From a bacterium (lineage in GTDB: Bacteria > Myxococcota_A > Bradymonadia > REDH01), in contig JAUICO010000007.1 in the NCBI GenBank assembly GCA_030427825.1, forward strand, positions 417-64,416: a stretch of DNA of 64,000 nt, in the 5' to 3' direction. Positions 19,949 through 29,361 of this stretch are shown one piece after another (positions within the stretch are counted from its first letter, which is position 1; every line of letters starts with the position of its first letter). The notes beneath the pieces were generated by a model. That model ran no database searches and was not told the origin of the DNA. It was given only the letters and a program-made list of their open reading frames with translations. A program made the position numbers and the translations under genes.

Positions 19949-22174
19949 ATGCCTGTTATCGCCCTCGACAATGGAACCTTTCTTCGCCCGGACAAGGACG
20001 GTCGCTTTCGCTACAAAGTGCACCAGGTGCTTGGCAGTGGCGGCTTCGGGATCACCTATCTGGCCCACGATCGCGACCTTGATGGCGCAGTGGTCATCAA
20101 GGAGCTCGCCTTTGAGGGCGCCTGCTACCGTGAGACGACGGCGATCCAGATCTTTGCGTTGCCCGGCAAAGAGGCCATCCACAACCGCCTGCTTGAGAAG
20201 TTCCAGGACGAAGCTCGAAAGCTGAACCGCTTCCGCAGTCCCTACATCGTGCGCGTGACCGATGTGTGGCTCGAACGCGGGACCGCGTACTACGCGATGG
20301 ACTTCGTCGAGTCCTCCCGATTTCTCGGCGACGGAAAGATGCCGCGGCCGGTTCCCTGGCCTGACGCCGAGCAGTGGGCATTGCAGCTGCTCGAGGCCCT
20401 CGAAGAGGTCCACTCTGCGGGGCTGGTACACGGCGACATCAAACCCGAAAACGTCCTGCTCAATGAGCGCGAGCAGGTAGTACTGATCGACTTCGGCACG
20501 GCCCGCGAAGAAAACGAGTTCAAGCGTACGGTGACTTCGGCGGCCTATACTCCGGGCTACGCGCCGCCGGAGCTGATGCTGCCGACGAAGACGCGGCCGC
20601 CAGGCCCCTGGACTGACCTCTATTCCTGGGCGATGCTCGTCTACGGGCTTGTGCGCCCTCACTACGGCCCGGGCGGCACGCCGCTGGACGCGATGGTGCG
20701 TACCGGCAGCCTGATGCAGGGCGGCCAGCCTGATCCCTACAACAACGCCGCGGCGGACCTGCTCGCGGCAGGCCTGCCGCCGAACTGGGCAAACCTTCTC
20801 GGTGCGTGCCTCAACCTGGATGCGGATCGGCGTCCGCGCAGCGTCGCTGACGTTCGCAGCCATCTGCACTCCCCGTCGACCAGCCCCCTGCAGGCCTCCG
20901 GTCCGACAGTGCACGATCAGCAGGCCATGCTGGCCGCGTCTGCGGATACCCAGATTCCTACGGATCCGGGATTTCGCACGGGTAGCAACACGACGCCATC
21001 CTCGGGACGTAACGGCCTCATGATCGCCCTCGCGGTCTTTGTCTTTCTCCTGGTCGCGGCGGGTGCGGTCGGGCTCTTCTTCCTGATCAGCGGGATGAAC
21101 AAGAAGGCAAACGACGACGCAGGCGCCGAGGTTGCAACGATCGATGTGGGGTCCAGACCTGCAGCAGATGCGGGATCGGGCACGGAGGCGACGTCGGATA
21201 CATCCGGCACGGCGCCCGTACCGGACGTCGCGGTGGTCGATACGAGCGCCGGCGCAGATACCGCGCTCGCCGCAGCGGCTGATACCGGCAGCGAGCAGGC
21301 AAAGGCCTACGGAGCGAGCTGCGAAGCGGGCGATGATTGCGCGTCCGCCGTCTGCTCCCGCGGCGTGTGCGTAGCCGAGGGCTTCGCGCACATTCCCGGC
21401 GGCACCTTTACGATGGGCTCACCGGCTTCGGAGCCCGGGCGCGACCGAGATGAAGCAGCGCACCCGGTCACGATCAGCGCCTTCTCGTTGATGGAGACAG
21501 AGGTCACACAGGGGCAGTGGGAGGCCGTCATGGGCACCACTCCGTCGCGCTTTCGCAGCTGCGGCGACAACTGTCCGGTCGAGCGCGTGAGCTGGTTCGA
21601 TGCCGTCGCCTATCTGAACGCGTTGTCGCGAAGCAACGGCCTGCAGGAATGCTACGTGATGTCGGGCTGCCGCGGCCGCGCCGGCGGTGGCTGCCGCAGC
21701 ACGCGGGCCGACGAGTGCGTAGGTGACTACCGCTGCCGAAGTGTCAGCTTCGTCGGCACCCGATGCACCGGCTACCGGCTGCCCACCGAAGCGGAGTGGG
21801 AATACGCCGCGCGGGCGGGAACGCAGAGCGCACGCTACTGCGGTGATGACTCATGCATCCCTTCGATCGCGTGGCATGAACAGAACGCCGACGGCTCGTC
21901 GCACCCGATAGGGACAAAGGCGCCCAACGCCTGGGGACTGAATGACATGTTCGGCAACGTCTGGGAGTGGACCTGGGACTGGTACTCTCCCTACGCGACG
22001 GCGCCGTCGACGGACCCCACCGGCCCCCGCGAGGGCGAGTATCGCTCTCGCCGCGGAGCCAGCTGGCAGGACGCATCCACGCGTATTCGCGCGGCCTACC
22101 GAAACGGCACCGATCCTACCGATCGCCGCTCCTTCATCGGCTTCCGCGCCGCCAGGTCCCTGCCGCCCCGCTGA
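19949..22174 (+). CDS. Ser/Thr protein kinase - TM - FGE-sulfatase (SUMF1) domain protein
   Basis: LGSGGFG, VVIKE, HGDIKPEN, DFG, GYAPPE; one TM helix; FTMGS, PVERVSW, RLPTEAEWEYAAR, GNVWEW, GFR. Confidence 0.92.
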   Translation: MPVIALDNGTFLRPDKDGRFRYKVHQVLGSGGFGITYLAHDRDLDGAVVIKELAFEGACYRETTAIQIFALPGKEAIHNRLLEKFQDEARKLNRFRSPYIVRVTDVWLERGTAYYAMDFVESSRFLGDGKMPRPVPWPDAEQWALQLLEALEEVHSAGLVHGDIKPENVLLNEREQVVLIDFGTAREENEFKRTVTSAAYTPGYAPPELMLPTKTRPPGPWTDLYSWAMLVYGLVRPHYGPGGTPLDAMVRTGSLMQGGQPDPYNNAAADLLAAGLPPNWANLLGACLNLDADRRPRSVADVRSHLHSPSTSPLQASGPTVHDQQAMLAASADTQIPTDPGFRTGSNTTPSSGRNGLMIALAVFVFLLVAAGAVGLFFLISGMNKKANDDAGAEVATIDVGSRPAADAGSGTEATSDTSGTAPVPDVAVVDTSAGADTALAAAADTGSEQAKAYGASCEAGDDCASAVCSRGVCVAEGFAHIPGGTFTMGSPASEPGRDRDEAAHPVTISAFSLMETEVTQGQWEAVMGTTPSRFRSCGDNCPVERVSWFDAVAYLNALSRSNGLQECYVMSGCRGRAGGGCRSTRADECVGDYRCRSVSFVGTRCTGYRLPTEAEWEYAARAGTQSARYCGDDSCIPSIAWHEQNADGSSHPIGTKAPNAWGLNDMFGNVWEWTWDWYSPYATAPSTDPTGPREGEYRSRRGASWQDASTRIRAAYRNGTDPTDRRSFIGFRAARSLPPR

Positions 22175-22291
22175 CCGGGGGCAGCGCAGGCCAATTTCGC
22201 TCCTTGCATTGTGGCCCTTTCTTTGTAGCGTGTCAGCAGCGCGGATGGCGCTGTGAGGACTTCCCCGTCCGTCATCACCGAAAGGAAAGAG

Positions 22292-24076
22292 ATGAAAGGG
22301 ATCGTATTGGGCTGCATGTTGGCAGCTCTGGTAGTGCCGGCGGTGGGTCATGCGGAATCGATGGCACCGCAGCCCGGTGCTGCCGCTACGTACGCCGAGT
22401 CCATTGAGCTGGCACAGATTCAGCTGAACGCATGCTCGGCGCCGGGCCGCATGCAGACGTACGGCTCCGCCAGCGGTGCGACGAGCAACCTCGGCAACAA
22501 CTACACCGGCTCGTGTGCCGGTGCCGGCGCAGAGACCGTGTACGCGTGGACGGCGCCCGAATCGGGGATCGTATGCGCGGACACGTACGGGTCCGCTTTC
22601 GATACGGTGCTCTACGTTCGGGGCAACTGCGCGTCGGACAGCAGCGAAATCGCCTGCAACGACGATGAGCAGGATCTGCTCTCACAGGTGCAGTTCTCGG
22701 CACAGGCGGGTCAGACGTACTATCTCTTCGTCGATGCGTACGACATCTCCGAATCCGGCGCCTTTACCCTGAATATTCGGGCGGGCGCCTGCGGGACCAA
22801 CACCCCGAGCCTGCCCCAGGTAGCGGGCGTTTGTCCGAGTGTTCGCGGCAACCTGTCTGTGGGTGCGACCCGCGGCTCGACGAACGCCGGCGGAACGGCC
22901 GGCACCACCGGCAGCTGCGCCGCTTCGTCCGACGCGCCCGCCCACGTGTACACGTATCGACCTTCCACATCGTCACAGGTCTGCATCAACACCGTCGGTT
23001 CCGGCTTCGACACCGCGTTGTACGTGCGCTCTGCCTGTGGAGACCCGTCGAGTGAGCTGGCGTGCAACGACGACACGCAGGGACTGCAGTCCGAGGTCGG
23101 CTTCTACGCGCAGGCCGGACAGACCTACTATGTGTTTGTCGACGGCTACGGATCAAACTCGGGCGACTACACGGTGAATCTTCGACAGGGCGCCTGCGGT
23201 GGCAGCACAGAGATCTGCACAAACGGGGTCGACGACGACGCGGACGGATCCGTGGACTGCCGCGACTCGGACTGCACGGCGAACGCTGCCTGCACCAACA
23301 GCATGGGCAGCTGCTCGAACCCGATGTTCATCAACCCGACCGGAGCGCCGGCGAGCGGAAACACAGCCGGTCTTGTCTCTCAGAATTCAGGCACCTGCGG
23401 CGGACGGGACGCCCCCGAAGCGGTCTACACCTTTACCCTGTGGGAGAACTCACAGGTGTGCCTCAATACCGTGGGATCGCAATACGACACGGTGCTGTAT
23501 GTACGGCAGGGAGTCTGCACCCAGCAGCCCGCAGAGATAGCGTGCAACGATGACATGGAAGGTGGGGGCCTCGACTCGCAGGTGCAGTTCAACGCGATCG
23601 CAAACCAGACCTACTATGTCTTCGTCGACGGCTACGGTTCGAACGCAGGAGCACACAACCTGCATCTGCGCCTGGGACCCTGTCAGACGCAGGGACCGCA
23701 GGGACAGCAGGCTACCTTCGCGCGAATCACAAACATCGACGTGCACAGCCGCGACGGAAGCTTCGCCTACTGCCGCGATGCGCTCGAAGCGACGATCACC
23801 ACAGACCGCGCCACGGTCATCTACGCGCAGGTCGGAGAGCGGGTTCGCCAGCTGCAGCTGATGCCCGGTGCAAACCGAGTAACGCTGATCGCGGACCGTG
23901 AAGGGCGCGAGATGGCAGAGACCTATCGCGGCCCGATCAACATCGCGCCCTACGACCCGAACAGCGGAAACATCGGTCAGCCGGTGAGCTCCAACCGCGA
24001 AGTTGTTGTGGGACCCGGCGCATGTGGCAGCGGACGGAGCGGCCCCTCGTCGTCGGGCGACGCGAAAGAAGACTGA
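22292..24076 (+). CDS. Secreted Cys-rich protein with three PPC-like repeats
   Basis: Signal peptide; three copies of 'GS.FDTVLYVR..C...E.ACNDD...S.V.F...A.QTYY.FVD.Y'; one EICTNGVDDDADGSVDCRDSDC motif; AAGGAA RBS. Confidence 0.8.
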   Translation: MKGIVLGCMLAALVVPAVGHAESMAPQPGAAATYAESIELAQIQLNACSAPGRMQTYGSASGATSNLGNNYTGSCAGAGAETVYAWTAPESGIVCADTYGSAFDTVLYVRGNCASDSSEIACNDDEQDLLSQVQFSAQAGQTYYLFVDAYDISESGAFTLNIRAGACGTNTPSLPQVAGVCPSVRGNLSVGATRGSTNAGGTAGTTGSCAASSDAPAHVYTYRPSTSSQVCINTVGSGFDTALYVRSACGDPSSELACNDDTQGLQSEVGFYAQAGQTYYVFVDGYGSNSGDYTVNLRQGACGGSTEICTNGVDDDADGSVDCRDSDCTANAACTNSMGSCSNPMFINPTGAPASGNTAGLVSQNSGTCGGRDAPEAVYTFTLWENSQVCLNTVGSQYDTVLYVRQGVCTQQPAEIACNDDMEGGGLDSQVQFNAIANQTYYVFVDGYGSNAGAHNLHLRLGPCQTQGPQGQQATFARITNIDVHSRDGSFAYCRDALEATITTDRATVIYAQVGERVRQLQLMPGANRVTLIADREGREMAETYRGPINIAPYDPNSGNIGQPVSSNREVVVGPGACGSGRSGPSSSGDAKED

Positions 24077-24133
24077 GTTGAGTCCGGACGTGCCCCTGCG
24101 CTCGGAATCCACACCCTGCTCCAAGGAGGCAGC

Positions 24134-25348
24134 GTGACAGTATTGAGTCAGGCAGACCTGGTGCGTATTCGGCGGGATCTTCACCAACACCCCGAACTGT
24201 CTCACGAAGAACAGCGGACCGCGGGTGTTGTTGTCGAGACACTCTCTGCGATGGGAGTTGAGAGTGTAGGCGGCATCGCCGGCCACGGTGTTGTCGCGGT
24301 GATTGAGGGAAGCCGTCCCGGTCCGACACTGCTGTACCGCGCGGACATGGATGCGTTGCCGATTCTCGAAGAAAACACACACGGCTTTGAGAGCGCCAAC
24401 CCGGGTGTCATGCACGCCTGCGGTCATGATGTACACACAACGATCGGGCTCGGCGTCGCTTCGCAGATCGTCGCGCGGCGAGACGAACTCTGCGGGCGCG
24501 TGAAGTTTGTCTTTCAGCCGGCCGAAGAAGCAGCGCCGCCGCCCGGGCGTGCGATCGGTGCAGAGAAGATGGTCGAAGAGGGTGTTCTGGAGAACCCGCA
24601 CGTAGACGCCGCGTTTGCGCTGCATGTCATGCCCCTGCTTGATGCTGGGAAGATCGGCTATACGGGCGGCGCAGTGTGGGCGGCCAGCGACCTCTTCGAC
24701 ATTCGCATTCGCGGAAAGATGGCCCATGGCGCGTATCCGCACGAAGGGCGGGATCCGATTCTGGCCGGTGCGCAGATCACAAACATGCTGCAGCAGATCG
24801 TGTCTCGCAATCTGGACGCGCGGGATGCCTGTGTGGTGAGTGTATGCCGATTCGACGCGGGCACCGCGTACAACGTGATTCCGCAGCACGCCCACCTCCA
24901 GGGATTGGTTCGGACTCTGGATGCGGGCATCCGCGAGCAGGCGCTGCGTCGTCTGGAAGAGATCGCAAAAGCCACCGCGGAGTCCTGCGGCTGCACCGCC
25001 GAGGTGCAGGTGGTTCGGGGCACTGTACTCACTGCCAATCAGCCGGCTCTGGAGGCTTTCGCGACAGAGACCATCGCCATGGCGGGTTCTGCTGAGGTGG
25101 TGCCATTTCGACCCCAGATGGGCGCGGAAGACTTCGCTGCCTTCTCACGACGTGTGCCCGGCTGTTACCTCTTTCTGGGTGTACGAAACGAGGAGCGCGG
25201 AATCACTCACATGATTCACACGCCGCGGTTCGATGTCGACGAGTCCTGCCTGGAGCCGGGCGCGCACTCAATGACAGAGGTGTTGCTGCGAGCGGGACGG
25301 GAGTGGCACACCCTGGCGCCCGGGATCGCCGACATACCGCCGGTCTGA
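24134..25348 (+). CDS. M20 family amidohydrolase
   Basis: LHQHPELS, RADMDAL, HACGHD, FQPAEE, AEDF; AAGGAGG RBS. Confidence 0.93.
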   Translation: MTVLSQADLVRIRRDLHQHPELSHEEQRTAGVVVETLSAMGVESVGGIAGHGVVAVIEGSRPGPTLLYRADMDALPILEENTHGFESANPGVMHACGHDVHTTIGLGVASQIVARRDELCGRVKFVFQPAEEAAPPPGRAIGAEKMVEEGVLENPHVDAAFALHVMPLLDAGKIGYTGGAVWAASDLFDIRIRGKMAHGAYPHEGRDPILAGAQITNMLQQIVSRNLDARDACVVSVCRFDAGTAYNVIPQHAHLQGLVRTLDAGIREQALRRLEEIAKATAESCGCTAEVQVVRGTVLTANQPALEAFATETIAMAGSAEVVPFRPQMGAEDFAAFSRRVPGCYLFLGVRNEERGITHMIHTPRFDVDESCLEPGAHSMTEVLLRAGREWHTLAPGIADIPPV

Positions 25349-25428
25349 GCAGCGGCGACGGAACCGACTGACCGTTCATGGGCGGGCGCAACGGCGCTGA
25401 TCGCAGCGACACCGGTGAAGAGGGAGCC

Positions 25429-26400
25429 GTGGCAAAGAGAGAGGACATCCAGGCGCTCGCACAGGAGCTGATGCGCGAGACCGGCGTCGACTTCGAGACC
25501 TTCAACCCGAAGGCCGTGGCCGACGATGTGTTGAAGATCACCGACCCCTTTCGCATCGCGTTGCCCCTGCTATTCGGCCTTGTCGCCGGCCTCGCGATGG
25601 GCATCACAGGCGCATTCATCTTCGCCGGCGACATCGCCTCGGAGCCGCTCCGAGCCCTCGCCTATGTCGCCTATGCGGTGTTTGGGATGGTTGCCGGCAT
25701 GCTCGCCGGTGTGTTCCTGCTGGCGGGCTCACTGCTCAGGAACGTCGAGCACCTCGCATCGTCGGTGGTTCGCGCAACGCTGGACGTGGTCGGCGAGATC
25801 TCTGGCCGCGCGGATCACGCCAGAGAGCTGGGCTTCGCGGAGCTGATGCGCGGCAGCACCTGGCTGGTGTTTGTTCCCCTCGTAGAGCGGGTCATGGACC
25901 GCCGCTTCAAGTTGAAGCTGCTGACGACCCCGGCGAAGGGCGCGTTTCGTTTGCTGCTTGGGCGTATCGTGCCGCTCAAGGCCAAAGTGAGCGAAGACGA
26001 CAGGGTCAGCCTCGCGTCCGTCGACGGCGCGATCCCCGAGATCGCCGGCCCCGGAATGCTCACGAAGGACGGCTCGTCGTTGGGGGTCGCCGAGGGCTCG
26101 CTGGCATCCCGCGCCGGACAGTTTGCGAAGTCAGTCGCGGACGGCGATGTCCCGGATCCGGCGGAATTCGAATTCAAAGTCACCGAAGCCGAGAAGCGCA
26201 GCGCCGACGAACGAATCCTTGCGGTACGCAGTAATGAGAAGTTCGCGCCGCTTGTACGCAGGTTGGACACTTTCGAGTCGGCCGCGAAGAAGACCACAGG
26301 TCGCCTCCGCGTGTTTGTGCAGCTGCCGGTCGCTATCGCGTTTGCGATCATCGCGACCAGCCTTTTCGCCATCGCACTCGGCCTGCGAGCCCTGGTCTGA
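25429..26400 (+). CDS. Hypothetical membrane protein
   Basis: Two N-terminal and one C-terminal TM segments; GTG start after GAGGGAG. Confidence 0.65.
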   Translation: MAKREDIQALAQELMRETGVDFETFNPKAVADDVLKITDPFRIALPLLFGLVAGLAMGITGAFIFAGDIASEPLRALAYVAYAVFGMVAGMLAGVFLLAGSLLRNVEHLASSVVRATLDVVGEISGRADHARELGFAELMRGSTWLVFVPLVERVMDRRFKLKLLTTPAKGAFRLLLGRIVPLKAKVSEDDRVSLASVDGAIPEIAGPGMLTKDGSSLGVAEGSLASRAGQFAKSVADGDVPDPAEFEFKVTEAEKRSADERILAVRSNEKFAPLVRRLDTFESAAKKTTGRLRVFVQLPVAIAFAIIATSLFAIALGLRALV

Positions 26401-26406
26401 CCGGCC

Positions 26407-26868
26407 CTAAGTGAAGATGATCTGGGCGCCCTCGGAGAGGTCGTAGAAGTCGCCGGCGGTAATCACGTCCTGTACCTGCGGCACGAGGTCTTCGGCAGTG
26501 CGCTCAAACATCTCCATCGCGAGCTGACACGCGTAGAGGCCGGCGCCGGAATCAGAAAGCAATTCGATGAACTCGCGAACGTTCGGCAGGTCCAATGCCG
26601 TCATTCGTTTCATCATCATCTTCGCTGTAAGGGCCTCCATCCCCGGAAGACCCGCGAGCATGGTGGGCATCGGACTCGTCGGGTTGCCGGCCATATTCAC
26701 GTGCAGGTGGTCCACCTTCTCTTCGGTGATCGCATCGAGTCCGTAGAATGTGAAGAAGACGAAGGCGTCGATTCCGGACATGCGCGCAGAGTTTGCCAGG
26801 ATCAGCGCCGGATACACTTCATCCAGTCCACCCTTCGAGACGATGATTGCGACCTTTCGATTTGCCAT
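26407..26868 (-). CDS. DsrE/DsrF/DrsH-like (DsrE2-type) sulfur carrier protein
   Basis: KVAIIVSKG.LD..YP.LILA, FFTFYGL, LYACQLAM, C-terminal QIIFT. Confidence 0.88.
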   Translation of the reverse strand: MANRKVAIIVSKGGLDEVYPALILANSARMSGIDAFVFFTFYGLDAITEEKVDHLHVNMAGNPTSPMPTMLAGLPGMEALTAKMMMKRMTALDLPNVREFIELLSDSGAGLYACQLAMEMFERTAEDLVPQVQDVITAGDFYDLSEGAQIIFT

Positions 26869-26930
26869 GATTCTCTCTCCCTTTGTGTGTGTTTTGAACC
26901 GCTGTGATTCGGAGCTTCAGGTTGTGGGCG

Positions 26931-27902
26931 TCAGACGCAGCCCACGGGTTTTGGCAGCCCGGCCAGGCGGGCGGCCTCCATCGCCGGCGCGCTCGGGAAC
27001 ATCGTGTACAGCTGCTTTGTCGCGACCGGAGACGCGACGCCGATGCGTCGCACGTTCGGCGATGCACCGCTCGCGGCGTACTCGCTCTGCAACCACTCAA
27101 TGAGCTGCCAGTGAGCGTCGCTCAACTCGTAGCCGACTTCGGCGGCGATGGCTGCGGCGAACTCCCGAGTCCACGTGCCGGCGTCGACGAGGAAGCCCTC
27201 GGAGCTCATCTCGTAGCCGGGAATCGAGAGGGTCTTCGCGCCCCCGGCCGGCGTGGGTGCGGCGGCGGCTGTGCCCGCCGCATGGTCCTGCTCTGCGTCG
27301 GCTCGTGGCCGCGTCGGCCTCGGTGGCGCGTTACCGGCGGGCGGAAGCGCCCGCCGCCGAAGTGAGGGCGCCAGGCGACTCTCAAGACGCTTCGCACGAC
27401 TCTTTGATGCGTGGGTCTTCGCGCTGGTTCTGCCTACATGGCGCAGCATGTTGAGAACGAGCGCCAGTCCGCGGCGGGTGTCCGGATTTCGCGCTGCTTT
27501 CAACATCCCCAGCAGCGACTTCGGCTTCTTGCCCGGGTCGTCTTTCACAGCTTCGGCGGCCTCGCGCGCCAGCTCGACCATGTCGGGTTGGGTGAATTCC
27601 CTCAGGGTGTCGATCAGGTAGACGATGTTGTCGCCAAGCTGTTCGAGGTCTTCGTCGTCGTAGGAGGTCACAACCGTGTCGACGATGCGTTGTGTGTGCT
27701 TCGCGAATCGAAAGTAGCCGCGCTCCTCGACCTCTGCGAGCCGCTCAGAACCAACCCCCATCATCTTTCGGAGGATCGGCGAAAACTCGTCGATCACATC
27801 GCGGTATGCCTGCTCGCGTCGCGTCAGCACTTCAAGCTGCGCGCTGATCGCGTCGAGGCGTGCTTCGATCGATTCAATGTTTGCTTCGTTGTTGTTGCTC
27901 AT
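26931..27902 (-). CDS. DUF1641-like domain fused to a TusE/DsrC-family sulfur relay domain
   Basis: N-part 'SLLGMLKAARNPDTRRGL' (DUF1641-like); C-part EGFL...W...A, L...HW..I, LY..FP..P..AARLAGLPKPVGCV. Confidence 0.82.
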   Translation of the reverse strand: MSNNNEANIESIEARLDAISAQLEVLTRREQAYRDVIDEFSPILRKMMGVGSERLAEVEERGYFRFAKHTQRIVDTVVTSYDDEDLEQLGDNIVYLIDTLREFTQPDMVELAREAAEAVKDDPGKKPKSLLGMLKAARNPDTRRGLALVLNMLRHVGRTSAKTHASKSRAKRLESRLAPSLRRRALPPAGNAPPRPTRPRADAEQDHAAGTAAAAPTPAGGAKTLSIPGYEMSSEGFLVDAGTWTREFAAAIAAEVGYELSDAHWQLIEWLQSEYAASGASPNVRRIGVASPVATKQLYTMFPSAPAMEAARLAGLPKPVGCV

Positions 27903-27906
27903 GTGC

Positions 27907-29136
27907 TCAGCTCCACTTTCCGGCTGTCGCCATGCGGTGATCGATCGGGAGCTCTTCGCCCTTGATCAGCAGATTCCAGTACACCCAGCGAAACCCGAGC
28001 TTTCCCCAATGGTTCACGTGGCTCTCCTCCAGGAGGGTAAAGGGACCGACGCCGGGCAGCGGAAAGCGACCCGGCAGGGGTTCCGTCGTGTAGTTGAAGT
28101 CGATCAGCATTCCCCTGCCGCCACCGGTCTCGATAAAGCAGTTCGCGTGGCCATCGAAGTCAGGCAGCAGCGGGCGATCCGCGATGTAGCGGAGTACGTT
28201 TTCGACCAGAACCTCTGCCTGGAAGTGAGCGACACTGCCCGCCTTTGAGGTAGGCAGGTCCGTACAGTCACCGAGTGCGAAGATGTTGTCGAAGGCCCTG
28301 GTCTGAAGGGTGTGTTTGTCCGTAGGGACAAAGGCGAAGTCATCGCCGATCTCGGAACGCTCGATGGCTTCACTGCCACTGTGCAGGGGAACCGTAACGA
28401 GCAGGTCATATTCTTCGCTGCGCCCATCGTAGCTGCGGAGCGTGCGCTGCTCGCCGTCCACCGCAGAAGTCGCCCAGTTTGCGTGCACCGTGATGCCGCG
28501 CTCTTCGAGCAGGCCGCCGAGGGCGGCGCTCGCGCGTGGCTTGGTGAAAGCGCCCGAAAGCGGCGTCGCGTAGATGAGCTCGGTCTGCTCTCGCAGTCCC
28601 TTCTTCCGCAGAAAATCATCTGCGAGAAAGAGAAACTCCAGCGGCGCTACCGGGCACTTGATGGGCATATCGACGACGTTGAGGACCATCCTGCCGCCCG
28701 CCCATCCATACAGAAAATCCCGTAGCTTCAGTGCGCCATCCAGTGTGTAGAAGTCGAACGCGGTGTCCTGCCAGCCGGCATCGGTCATTCCCTCGGTCTG
28801 TTCGGGCACGATCCGGGCGCCCGTGGACAGAATCAGCAGGTCGTATGCCAGCATCGTGCCGTCAGCGAGGGCGACAACGCGGGCTTCCGGATCCACCCGG
28901 TCTACTTCGCTGATCACGAAGTCGACGCCCCCGGGGAGGAAGTTCTGTCGGGGTCTGGTGATGCTGGCGGGATCGTAGAGTCCGAAGGGCAGAAAGAGGA
29001 GCCCGGGCTGGTAGAGGTGGGTCCCGTCCCGGTCGACGACGGTGATGCCCCACTCTCGCTCGGACAGCTCTTTGCGGAGCTTGTTCGCCATCATCGTCCC
29101 GGCGGTTCCCGCGCCGAGAATTACAATTTTCTTCAC
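27907..29136 (-). CDS. sqr: Sulfide:quinone oxidoreductase (type III-like)
   Basis: GAGTAG FAD motif, HLYQPG, IKCPVAPLE, GDCTDLPTSKAG, FDGHANCFIE; GTG start. Confidence 0.88.
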   Translation of the reverse strand: MKKIVILGAGTAGTMMANKLRKELSEREWGITVVDRDGTHLYQPGLLFLPFGLYDPASITRPRQNFLPGGVDFVISEVDRVDPEARVVALADGTMLAYDLLILSTGARIVPEQTEGMTDAGWQDTAFDFYTLDGALKLRDFLYGWAGGRMVLNVVDMPIKCPVAPLEFLFLADDFLRKKGLREQTELIYATPLSGAFTKPRASAALGGLLEERGITVHANWATSAVDGEQRTLRSYDGRSEEYDLLVTVPLHSGSEAIERSEIGDDFAFVPTDKHTLQTRAFDNIFALGDCTDLPTSKAGSVAHFQAEVLVENVLRYIADRPLLPDFDGHANCFIETGGGRGMLIDFNYTTEPLPGRFPLPGVGPFTLLEESHVNHWGKLGFRWVYWNLLIKGEELPIDHRMATAGKWS

Positions 29137-29303
29137 GCCCCAACCTCGCTTTGTGGCGCGCGCATCCGAACCCGCGCGCGCGATTCAGTGTGGAGCAGTC
29201 GGCCCACCATGTGACCGCGTCCCACAAAGGACCCGTAATCGCCACGACCTGCGAGGCAAGGCGCTGAAGCCGACAAAAACGAATCTATAGCAGATATCCT
29301 GGT

Positions 29304-29353
29304 CCGCAGAGGTGCGACGCGGTGACCCTACCGTCGCACCTGCGTCTCTGCGG
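29304..29353. other. Extended imperfect hairpin between methyltransferase gene and sqr
   Basis: CCGCAGAG/CTCTGCGG and GGTGCGACG/CGTCGCACC arms. Confidence 0.45.
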
Positions 29354-29361
29354 CGCCCTTT

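Noticed and set aside
21950-22174. Diversity-generating retroelement target (FGE/CLec C-terminus)
   Set aside because: No reverse transcriptase and no second near-identical template copy is visible in the window.
26407-29136. Dissimilatory sulfate reduction or reverse Dsr pathway
   Set aside because: The DsrC-like domain has only one Cys, and no dsrAB or dsrMKJOP genes are present.
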